This document shows positions 26,562-34,479 of a DNA stretch of 64,000 nucleotides, in pieces. Below the pieces are notes generated by a model, which saw nothing but the letters and a program-made list of their open reading frames with translations, was not told the DNA's origin and did not search any database. A program made the translations under genes and the position numbers. Source of the stretch: Bacteroidetes bacterium UBA1941 (GTDB lineage: Bacteria; Bacteroidota; Bacteroidia; Chitinophagales; LD1); assembly GCA_002336805.1 (NCBI GenBank), contig DDEZ01000012.1:647040-711039 (forward strand). Reading direction: 5' to 3'. How positions within the stretch are numbered: the first letter of the stretch is position 1; every line of letters begins with the position of its first letter.

Positions 26562-26800
26562 CAGATTTCTCATTGAAAAACCTTTTCGAGACGCCTTTTC
26601 ACCTGCGGTTGGTGTTATCACCATACCGCACGTTAGGCGCTAGAGTTGTGGTCGGTGATAACACGCGACCACAGATGGCACTATTTGGGAGAAACTAACA
26701 ACTTTTCAAGTTGAAGATTGCTTCGAGAAATACCGCTGATTATTTTTTACGGGAATTTCTCCCTGCCTACCGGCAGGCAGGTCGCAAAGGTTGGTTTTTT
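26562..26800 (+). repeat. Structured intergenic repeat, full copy A
   Basis: It contains TGCGGTTGGTGTTATCACCA, the hairpin GTGGTCG...CGACCAC, AAGATTGCTTCGAGAAAT and TCGCAAAGGTT. It also carries a private 20-bp palindromic insert (CCTGCCTACCGGCAGGCAGG). Confidence 0.7.
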
Positions 26801-26848
26801 GATTTATGCTTTAGTTGATGTTCAGCGAGGCATCGACAACAAAGATGC

Positions 26849-27493
26849 TCACTCCCGCACAAAGCGTCGGACTATGCTGCCCTCTTTGGTCTGGAGTCGC
26901 AGCACATATACACCAGGGGCCAGGCTGGATACGTCTATCTCTCTGCCGGTTTGGGGGAGGTGGTAGGTGCGGCCATTCAAGTCCTGTACGGTGAGTTGTG
27001 CATCATCTATCTGATGTGACAGGAATAGCTGGCCGGAGGTGGGGTTTGGGGTAAGGATGAAGTCGGTTTGTGGGATGGTATGCAGTCCTGTGGGCTCGGT
27101 GACGGTGAAAGAAAACCGGATGCTATCGCGGATGCCGTATTGTGAGCAGTCTGTATCCAAAGAATCATACTGAACATGGGAGTAGATAACCCCAGTATAC
27201 GCTCCGGCCGAAAATCTTCCTAAGGCTGTATACTGCGTGGCATTTCTGCCTACCGCTATACCACCTGCATGATTATAGCACTGGCTAATTGTAAAAAAGC
27301 TGTCGCTGACAGTGACATCGCTGTAGTACAAATGCATGGACTGATAAACCAGCGTCAATGAGTCTACCAGTATAATAGAATCTTGTGTGGTAGGATTAGA
27401 AGGGATGACCCAATATGTATAGAAGTATTGCGCCCTGACCACAATGCCTGCCAATAAAAAAATGCACATTAAAATCAATTGTCTGACTTGCAT
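26849..27493 (-). CDS. Small T9SS cargo protein (214 aa) with type-A C-terminal sorting domain; passenger unknown
   Basis: It has a signal peptide (MQVRQLILMCIFLLAGIVVRAQ). The C-terminus reads LTPNPTSGQLFL...VQDLNGRTYHL...LAPGVYVLRLQTKEGSIVRRFV. The 5' half is AT-rich with 5 ATT codons, while the sorting-domain half has host-like composition. Confidence 0.8.
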   Translation of the reverse strand: MQVRQLILMCIFLLAGIVVRAQYFYTYWVIPSNPTTQDSIILVDSLTLVYQSMHLYYSDVTVSDSFFTISQCYNHAGGIAVGRNATQYTALGRFSAGAYTGVIYSHVQYDSLDTDCSQYGIRDSIRFSFTVTEPTGLHTIPQTDFILTPNPTSGQLFLSHQIDDAQLTVQDLNGRTYHLPQTGREIDVSSLAPGVYVLRLQTKEGSIVRRFVRE

Positions 27494-27589
27494 GTTACCC
27501 GTAGAAACTTAGGTTATTCTTCGTTCCATTTTCATCCAAGATAAGGTGACCGAAGCGAATTGTATGAAATAGAGTGACATATTACTGTC

Positions 27590-27790
27590 AGATTTCTCCT
27601 GAGGTGTTCCACTTGCGGTTGGTGTTATCACCAATCCGCACGCTTGGCGCTTGACTCGTGGTCGGTGGTAACACGACCACAGGCGGCGTTCTAATGGAGA
27701 AATAACAATCCTTTAAGCGGAAGATTGCTTCGAGAAATGGCATCTTCTATTTTTCAAGTTGAATTTCTCTCGCAAAGGTTGGCTTTTTAT
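27590..27790 (+). repeat. Structured intergenic repeat, full copy B
   Basis: It is offset 1010 bp from copy A in the same orientation and has the same four conserved blocks. GGTGATAACAC of copy A is GGTGGTAACAC here. Confidence 0.7.
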
Positions 27791-27892
27791 GATGCCGTGT
27801 GGCGAGCGTCAGGGATCGCAGCGGATAGCCCGGAGGGAGCGATAGCGACTGAGGACTAGGAGTGTAGAGCCCGACCGGACGCCCGGAGTGCC

Positions 27893-27924
27893 GGCCCCTA
27901 AATCACCTAAAGGGGACTTTAACA
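27893..27924 (+). repeat. Short hairpin element GGCCCCT-N-AAGGGGACTTTAA, copy 1
   Basis: GGCCCCTAAATCACCTAAAGGGGACTTTAACA has a 5-bp CCCCT/AGGGG stem. A near-identical element lies at 30086-30116. Confidence 0.5.
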
Positions 27925-28005
27925 GCCATTTAAGTGGAAGATTGCTTCGAGAAATGGCGCTAATATATTTTAAGCTGAATTTCTCTCGCAAAGGTTAGTT
28001 TTTAT
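27921..28005 (+). repeat. Structured intergenic repeat, partial copy C (3' module only)
   Basis: AACAGCCATTTAAGTGGAAGATTGCTTCGAGAAATGG...GAATTTCTCTCGCAAAGGTTAGTTTTTAT matches the 3' half of copies A and B. It ends ~145 nt upstream of the ABC-F ATG. Confidence 0.7.
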
Positions 28006-28148
28006 GGCTGACGCCAGTTAGAATTGATAATCTTTTAACCTTTTCAAATGACCTGTCAATGTCGTATCTTCGCGGCGCTAAATGGTGCGGGGATTGGGTT
28101 TGGGTGTTTTATGACCAGGCTCACGCGCACTGATAACTACTACATACG

Positions 28149-30086
28149 ATGATAGCTGTTTCTAATATAGAGCTCCACTTTTCGGGGCGGGTGATGTTTG
28201 ACAAGGTGTCTTTTCTGATCAATACGACGGACAAGATAGGACTGGTGGGCCGCAATGGTGCGGGCAAGTCTACGCTGCTCAAAGTGCTGAAGGGTATACA
28301 GCAGATAGACGGCGGCGATATCATGTACCCCAAGGGGACGATCATAGGCTACCTGCCGCAGGACCTGGATACGACCTCGCAGCTGACGGTGATAGAGGAG
28401 GCCAAGAGGGCCTTTGAGCATGTGCTGGAGATGATGGAGCGCAAGGACAAGATCGTGCATGAGCTGGAGACGCGCACGGACTATGAGACTGACAGCTACA
28501 TGGACCTGATCAATGAGATGCAGGAGGTGGAGCACCAGATAGAGATACACGATGGCTATAGCGTGGAGGAGCAGACGGAGCGCGTACTAAAGGGCCTGGG
28601 CTTTGAACCGTCAGATTTTGTGAAGAAGGTAAAGGAGTTCTCCGGAGGCTGGCAGATGCGTATCGAGCTGGCGAAGATCCTGCTGCAAAAGCCTGACCTG
28701 GTGCTGCTGGATGAGCCTACCAACCACTTGGATATCGAGTCGGTACTCTGGCTGGAGAAGTTCCTGAAGGACTACCCGGGCGCTATCGTGATGGTGAGCC
28801 ACGACAGGTCCTTTCTGGATAATATCACTAACCGTACGATAGAGGTGGTATCTGGCGATATAGAAGACTATAACTCGCCGTACACGAAATATACTGAGCT
28901 GCGCAAGGAGCGCCGCGAGCAGGTGATCAATGCACAGAAGAACCAGCAACGCGACATAGCGCAGATAGAGCGAAACATAGACCGCTTCCGTGCAAAGGCG
29001 AGCAAGGCGACATTTGCCCAATCTCTGATCAAGAAGCTGGACAAGATGGAGATCATAGAGGTGGAGGAAGAAAACATGGCGTCTATGAACCTGCGCTTCC
29101 CTCCTGCCAAGCCATCTGGCAAGGTGGTACTGACCGCCAAGGGTATGACGAAGACCTACGGCCCGAAGAAGGTAATAGACAACCAGTCTGTAGAGATAGA
29201 CCGCGGAGATAAGATAGCCTTCATAGGCAAGAACGGTATGGGTAAGACGACCTTTAGCCGGATGCTGGTGGGCGATGTGCCGTATGACTCGGGCGAGGTA
29301 GAGCTGGGCTACAATGTAACCGTGGGCTACTATGCACAGCACGCGGCAGAGACGATAGATGGCAATGATACAGTGCTGGAGGTAGTAGACCGCGTAGCGG
29401 TGGGCGAGATCCGTACAAAGCTGCGCGACCTGCTGGGTTGCTTCCTATTTAAGGGAGATGATGTTTTCAAGAAAGTGAAGGTGCTGTCTGGTGGTGAGAA
29501 ATCCCGCCTCGCGCTGTGCCGCATGATCCTGGAGCCGCGGAACTTCCTCGTGATGGATGAGCCTACGAACCACCTGGATATGCTCTCTAAGGAGATCCTG
29601 CAAAACGCACTAAAGAACTATGAGGGCACAGTAGTGGTCGTATCTCACGATCGTGACTTCCTGAGTGGTCTGACGAATAAGATATTTGAGTTTACCAAAG
29701 ATGGTATCAAGGTGCACCTGGATGATATCAATGCCTTTCTGGAGAAGAAGAACCTGGAGGATATGCGCGCGCTGGAGGCTGAGAAGGATGCCAAGTCTAA
29801 GGCTAAAAATGCACCTGCTGCGCCTGCGGCAAAAGCAAAGGATACCAGCGTAGACAACTCTAAAGAGATCAACCGCGTGAAGAAGGCTATAGGCATAGCC
29901 GAGCAGAATATAGAGAAGCTGGAGAAAGAAATACAACTGATAGATGACCAGCTGAAGATACCTGATCACTACTCTAAGCTGACGGCTGATCCTAATTTCT
30001 TCACCAAGTATGACGGGCTGAAGAAGCAGCTGGATGCGGAGATGAAGAAGTGGGAGGAACTGGGGGCTGAGCTGGATTCGCTCTAG
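28149..30086 (+). CDS. ABC-F family ATPase (two fused ABC domains, no TM domain)
   Basis: It has two Walker A motifs (GRNGAGKST, GKNGMGKTT) and two signature motifs (FSGGWQMR, LSGGEKSR). It also has an inter-domain linker and a Lys/Glu-rich coiled-coil C-terminus. Confidence 0.95.
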   Translation: MIAVSNIELHFSGRVMFDKVSFLINTTDKIGLVGRNGAGKSTLLKVLKGIQQIDGGDIMYPKGTIIGYLPQDLDTTSQLTVIEEAKRAFEHVLEMMERKDKIVHELETRTDYETDSYMDLINEMQEVEHQIEIHDGYSVEEQTERVLKGLGFEPSDFVKKVKEFSGGWQMRIELAKILLQKPDLVLLDEPTNHLDIESVLWLEKFLKDYPGAIVMVSHDRSFLDNITNRTIEVVSGDIEDYNSPYTKYTELRKERREQVINAQKNQQRDIAQIERNIDRFRAKASKATFAQSLIKKLDKMEIIEVEEENMASMNLRFPPAKPSGKVVLTAKGMTKTYGPKKVIDNQSVEIDRGDKIAFIGKNGMGKTTFSRMLVGDVPYDSGEVELGYNVTVGYYAQHAAETIDGNDTVLEVVDRVAVGEIRTKLRDLLGCFLFKGDDVFKKVKVLSGGEKSRLALCRMILEPRNFLVMDEPTNHLDMLSKEILQNALKNYEGTVVVVSHDRDFLSGLTNKIFEFTKDGIKVHLDDINAFLEKKNLEDMRALEAEKDAKSKAKNAPAAPAAKAKDTSVDNSKEINRVKKAIGIAEQNIEKLEKEIQLIDDQLKIPDHYSKLTADPNFFTKYDGLKKQLDAEMKKWEELGAELDSL

Positions 30087-30116
30087 GCCCCTACACCACC
30101 GAAGGGGACTTTAATA
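30086..30116 (+). terminator. Short hairpin element GGCCCCT-N-AAGGGGACTTTAA, copy 2, at the ABC-F stop codon
   Basis: GGCCCCTACACCACCGAAGGGGACTTTAATA starts with the G of the TAG stop codon. It has a 5-bp GC-rich stem and no T-run, so terminator function is uncertain. Confidence 0.4.
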
Positions 30117-30278
30117 CAAGCTGCGTGGTTGTCTTTCACGTGGAGGTGCATCATTTTGTTTATTATGTTTTTTGTCGTGAAGCCGCAAAATATTGCGGCT
30201 CTACGGAGGCAATAAAAAAATACCGGTTTCTAACTCGTTAAAAACGTTTTTATTTACTGCTCTATAAAATTAATACCA

Positions 30279-31892
30279 ATGAAACGACAGGTTCTAACAC
30301 TGGCTGCGATATGCAGTATTTCTTCTCTTATTGCGCAGCATGCTACGATCGCTTTTAGTACCCGCACTAACTGCGATGACAAAGCAACACATGAGTTATT
30401 CTCTTTTGGCGATGGCTCTGCAAAGTATCTTTGCTTTGAGCAAGACAAAATGGACAACATGAAGGTGGCAAGCTATGATAAGACCTTTAAGAAAACAGAA
30501 AAAACGATCAAGGTCGGAGCTTGGGGCGATGGAGATATCTATAACAACGGACCAGTGATGACACGCAATCATGCATACCATTTTGCGGCGGCCATGCCTA
30601 AAAAGAAAGACTGCGTTCTATCTTGTCTGCCTATCACTCCCAGCTTTGGCACGGCAGATGTGACACCGCAAAAGGTAGTCACTGTACCATCTATCATGGG
30701 TCCGCATGAGTATTCAACCCGGGGTCGGCAGGGAGGCTTTTGGAACTTTGCAGTGTCTGCTGACTCTACTAAGATACTGGGGAAGTGCGAACTACTGAAT
30801 ACAGACCGCGGACCAGATGCAGGTGTGAGCATCTATGTATGGAGCGAAGACCTCAAACTATTATGGAACAAGGACTTTGTACTGCCGCGCAAGAGGCTGC
30901 GACTGGAGGATGTAAAATACTTCCTGAGCAATGATGGCTCTGATGCATATATGCTCTACAAATTCTGGGATGACTACAATCATCCTGAATCCAAACCGGG
31001 CTATCATTACGAGCTGGCTAAATTCAGCAAAGGTGCCAGCGCCCCTGTAGTAGCAAGCTTGGATTTTAAGAGCTTGTTTTACAGCGATGTGACGGCGGCA
31101 ATGGATCCAGAGGGCACGCTGGTGGTAGCGGCGATAGGGCAAGAGTCATACGATGATAATACTGCAGCGGGATGTGTACTGCTAAAGATGTCTGCTGGCG
31201 GAAAGATAGAGCCGTATCATAAAGGCATCTATAACTTATCACATGAAGAGCTAGCGAAGTTGGCAAAAATGAAGGCTGACCGGAAGCAAAGTGGAGTAGA
31301 TGCTAATTCAAAATATGAACAACGTAGCCCCTCTCTGCGCCTGATAGGGATGAATTTTGATACGGATGGCTCACTGCAGGCCTATGTCACGCCGGAGTAT
31401 TTCTCCATGGGTGCCATGCCTGATGCTCATGGTTACCCTTCAGGAAATCGTTTCGCAGACCATATTTATACGTTTTACATCAGCACGTCAGGCAGCCTGA
31501 CAAAGACAGCAAAAACACCACGGCTATCCAGCTCATGGGGGGCGCTGACTACTACCGGCCCAGATGGATCAGTGTATTTCTACGTGTATGAAAACCCAGC
31601 TAATGCTACGCGTGACCTGACCAAAGACGAACCCCTGTATGTAGATTACAAGAAATTTGAAAACAACGGGTATGATCTGATACGTCTCAAACCTGACGGC
31701 ACATCTCAAAGGGTCAAACTCCTGCCGTACGACATTATACCTGCTGATAAAGGCAAATTCAGATATAGTCTTTCTGCTTTGAGATTTATCAGTGCCGATG
31801 AATGCATTGGCACTTTTACAGATTATAAGATAGGCCAATCCAGCAACGAAGATGGTAGCAGCGTTTTCTTCCGTGCCAAGCTAAGCTGGTAG
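30279..31892 (+). CDS. Hypothetical secreted protein (537 aa), no recognisable family
   Basis: It has a signal peptide (MKRQVLTLAAICSISSLIAQ). The ORF is long, uninterrupted and has no competing frame. Its codon usage is intermediate, with more AAA/GAA/CTA/ATT than its neighbours. Confidence 0.7.
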   Translation: MKRQVLTLAAICSISSLIAQHATIAFSTRTNCDDKATHELFSFGDGSAKYLCFEQDKMDNMKVASYDKTFKKTEKTIKVGAWGDGDIYNNGPVMTRNHAYHFAAAMPKKKDCVLSCLPITPSFGTADVTPQKVVTVPSIMGPHEYSTRGRQGGFWNFAVSADSTKILGKCELLNTDRGPDAGVSIYVWSEDLKLLWNKDFVLPRKRLRLEDVKYFLSNDGSDAYMLYKFWDDYNHPESKPGYHYELAKFSKGASAPVVASLDFKSLFYSDVTAAMDPEGTLVVAAIGQESYDDNTAAGCVLLKMSAGGKIEPYHKGIYNLSHEELAKLAKMKADRKQSGVDANSKYEQRSPSLRLIGMNFDTDGSLQAYVTPEYFSMGAMPDAHGYPSGNRFADHIYTFYISTSGSLTKTAKTPRLSSSWGALTTTGPDGSVYFYVYENPANATRDLTKDEPLYVDYKKFENNGYDLIRLKPDGTSQRVKLLPYDIIPADKGKFRYSLSALRFISADECIGTFTDYKIGQSSNEDGSSVFFRAKLSW

Positions 31893-32130
31893 AAGGCGAT
31901 AAGCTGCGCAAAGAAGCCCAACCTGTAAATATTTTGGCTAAAGCTGGTTACTCTTTGCTGGCTATCTCAAGCCTGAAGGCTATGGCAACTGGGATGCGTT
32001 TATTTTCTGGTAAAAACGCAACTAAAATCGCCTTTAGAGCGTTTTCAGGTGAAACTTTGACATTTTCATCCATAAAAGCGACCATAAAAAGCCGAAACAA
32101 AAGCGGTTATTTGCATCTTCGAATCCACCC

Positions 32131-34479
32131 ATGAGATTTATACACGTTTTCACTACTGCTATACTGTGCGCCCTCGCGCTGACTACCACTGCCCAGGCCA
32201 AACATACTGTGAGCGGCTCTATCAGAGATGCCAAGACCGGCGAGGAGCTGATAGGCGCCGTAGTCTCTGTAAAAGAACTACCAAACACGGGCGCTGCCAG
32301 TAATGCCTATGGCTTCTACTCGCTCACACTGCCAGATGGCCACTATACCCTCCTATCAAGGTATGTGGGCTATACAGAGATAGTGCGCGAGATAGACCTG
32401 AGTACTAGTCAGACCATAGACTTTAACCTCGACCCTGCGGCGGTGGAGATCAAGCAGGTGGAGGTCTCTGCCCGGCGCGCTGATGAGAATGTGAAGCAGG
32501 CGCAGATGAGCGCCACCAAACTGGACATCAAAGAGCTGGAGAAAGTACCGGTGATCTTTGGTGAAAAGGATATACTCAAGACGATACAGCTGCTGCCCGG
32601 CGTGAAAAGTGCGGGAGAGGGCAATAGCGGATTCTACGTGCGCGGTGGCGGAGCTGACCAGAACCTGATCCTGCTGGATGAGGCACTGGTGTATAATGCC
32701 TCTCACCTGCTGGGTTTCTTCTCTACCTTCAATAATGATGCGCTAAAAGATGCTACACTGTACAAGGGTAATATGCCGGCAGAGTTTGGCGGTAAGCTCT
32801 CGTCTGTGCTGGACATCAAAATGAAAGATGGCAATGACAAGACCTATTCTGTAGGTGGCGGTATAGGTATCATAGCCTCGCGCCTGTATGTAGAGGGACC
32901 TATAGTAAAGGACAAGGGTTCCTTTATCATCACCGGGCGCCGGACATACGCTGATATTTTTACCAAACTGGTAAAGGATACAACGATCAACCGGAGCAAG
33001 CTATATTTCTACGATATCAATGCAAAGGCTAACTATCGCGTCACGAAAAAAGACAGGCTCTTCCTATCGGGCTACTTCGGGCGTGACAAATTTGGCTTGG
33101 GTACCACCTTTGGTATAGACTATGGCAATGTGACGAGCACCTTCCGCTGGAACCATGTGGTGAATGACCGCATTTTTTCTAACCTGTCTGCGATCTATAA
33201 CAACTTCTCCTGGAAGGTATCCCTGAACAGTAACGCTGTAGACCTGGTGATCAACTCTATCATCCAGGACATGGGCCTGAAGGAAGACATGGAGTTCTTT
33301 CTGGATACAAAGAATAAGATCAAGTTTGGCGGGCAGTCTACGTTTCGCATAGCGGTGCCGGGAGAGGTGACGGTGAATACGCCACTCTTCAAACCTGTAA
33401 ACCTGAGCCGCTCCTACGGCTGGGAGAATGCGCTGTATGCCCAGCATGAGATCACACTCTGGCAGAAGGTAAGCCTGAACTATGGCCTGCGGATATCCTC
33501 CTTTACCGTGACGGGACCGGGTAAGAACTATAACTTTCATAGCAATGGCCAGCCCACGGATACTACCCTGCTGAAGCTGGGCCAGTTTGGCAGGACGTAT
33601 GTGAATCCGGAGCCGCGCTTCTCGGTGAGCTACAATTTCAAAAAGAGCATGTCGCTCAAGGTAGCCTACTCCCGCAATACCCAGAATATACACCTGCTGT
33701 CTAATACTACTACCAGCAGCCCTACTGACCGCTGGATCATGACGAGCAATAACGTACGGCCGGAGATAGCTGACCAGGTATCCGGTGGCTACTTCCTGAA
33801 CTTCATGCACGACATGTTTGAAGTGAGTGTGGAGGGCTACTATAAGTGGATGCAAAACCAGATAGACTATATCCCCAATGCGCAGCTCACGGCCAATGAG
33901 ACCGTAGAGTCCCAGCTGGTGTATGGCAGCGGGCGCGCATACGGTGGTGAATTTTTTATCAAAAAGCGCGCGGGCAAGTGGACCGGCTGGATCAGCTATA
34001 CCCTATCACGTACAGAGCGCCGCTTCGCCCAGGTGAATAGCAATGCATGGTTTCCGGCGCGGTATGACCGTACGCATGATGTAGCCATCGTACTGATGTG
34101 GGATATCACACCTCGTATCAATGTATCTGCCTCATGGGTGTACCAGACCGGCAATGCAGTGACCTATGCCGCAGGCAAATACCAGGTGAATGGCCAGTGG
34201 GTGCCGTACTATCCGCTGCGCAACAGCGACAGATTCCCGGCCTATCACAGGCTGGATATCGGTGCGACCTTTGTGCTGAAGAAGCGCAAGATGTGGGAGC
34301 ATGACCTGAATATATCTTTCTACAACCTGTATGGCCGGCAGAATGCGTACCAGATCAACTTCATCTCAGACGTAGATAATACAGGAACCTCAAAGACGCA
34401 GCAGATCGCGCTCTTCCGCGTGGTGCCTTCGCTGACTTACAATTTTAAATTCACCTACGTAAAGCCACAGAAGAAATGA
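32131..34479 (+). CDS. TonB-dependent receptor with N-terminal carboxypeptidase-regulatory-like domain
   Basis: It has a signal peptide and the stretch HTVSGSIRDAKTGEELIGAVVSVKE...GFYSLTLPDGHYTLLSRYVGY (CarboxypepD_reg). A plug follows (FYVRGGGADQNLILLDEALVYN), then a long beta-barrel ending LTYNFKF. Confidence 0.9.
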   Translation: MRFIHVFTTAILCALALTTTAQAKHTVSGSIRDAKTGEELIGAVVSVKELPNTGAASNAYGFYSLTLPDGHYTLLSRYVGYTEIVREIDLSTSQTIDFNLDPAAVEIKQVEVSARRADENVKQAQMSATKLDIKELEKVPVIFGEKDILKTIQLLPGVKSAGEGNSGFYVRGGGADQNLILLDEALVYNASHLLGFFSTFNNDALKDATLYKGNMPAEFGGKLSSVLDIKMKDGNDKTYSVGGGIGIIASRLYVEGPIVKDKGSFIITGRRTYADIFTKLVKDTTINRSKLYFYDINAKANYRVTKKDRLFLSGYFGRDKFGLGTTFGIDYGNVTSTFRWNHVVNDRIFSNLSAIYNNFSWKVSLNSNAVDLVINSIIQDMGLKEDMEFFLDTKNKIKFGGQSTFRIAVPGEVTVNTPLFKPVNLSRSYGWENALYAQHEITLWQKVSLNYGLRISSFTVTGPGKNYNFHSNGQPTDTTLLKLGQFGRTYVNPEPRFSVSYNFKKSMSLKVAYSRNTQNIHLLSNTTTSSPTDRWIMTSNNVRPEIADQVSGGYFLNFMHDMFEVSVEGYYKWMQNQIDYIPNAQLTANETVESQLVYGSGRAYGGEFFIKKRAGKWTGWISYTLSRTERRFAQVNSNAWFPARYDRTHDVAIVLMWDITPRINVSASWVYQTGNAVTYAAGKYQVNGQWVPYYPLRNSDRFPAYHRLDIGATFVLKKRKMWEHDLNISFYNLYGRQNAYQINFISDVDNTGTSKTQQIALFRVVPSLTYNFKFTYVKPQKK

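Larger units (their letters stand above)
24840..26600. other. AT-rich accessory patch with foreign codon usage
   Basis: My hand count for 25021-25080 is 20/60 G+C, against 30/60 for 28201-28260. The 159-aa gene here uses 7 ATT and 4 GTT codons, whereas I read 0 ATT in the 645-codon ABC-F gene and 0 in gltX. Confidence 0.6.

Noticed and set aside
26604-26800. Structured repeats flanking single promoterless-looking genes, considered as integron attC sites or gene cassettes.
   Set aside because: I could find no GTTRRRY/RYYYAAC core sites, no integron integrase is nearby, and the element is longer than a typical attC and different in layout.
28611-29342. 243-aa minus ORF and several other minus ORFs (28140-28550, 28868-29140, 29610-29969) inside the ABC-F gene.
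   Set aside because: These are antisense shadow frames of a gene with unambiguous Walker and signature motifs.
33064-33855. 263-aa minus ORF inside the TonB-dependent receptor gene.
   Set aside because: It is an antisense shadow frame with no motifs, and the plus-strand receptor is clearly real.
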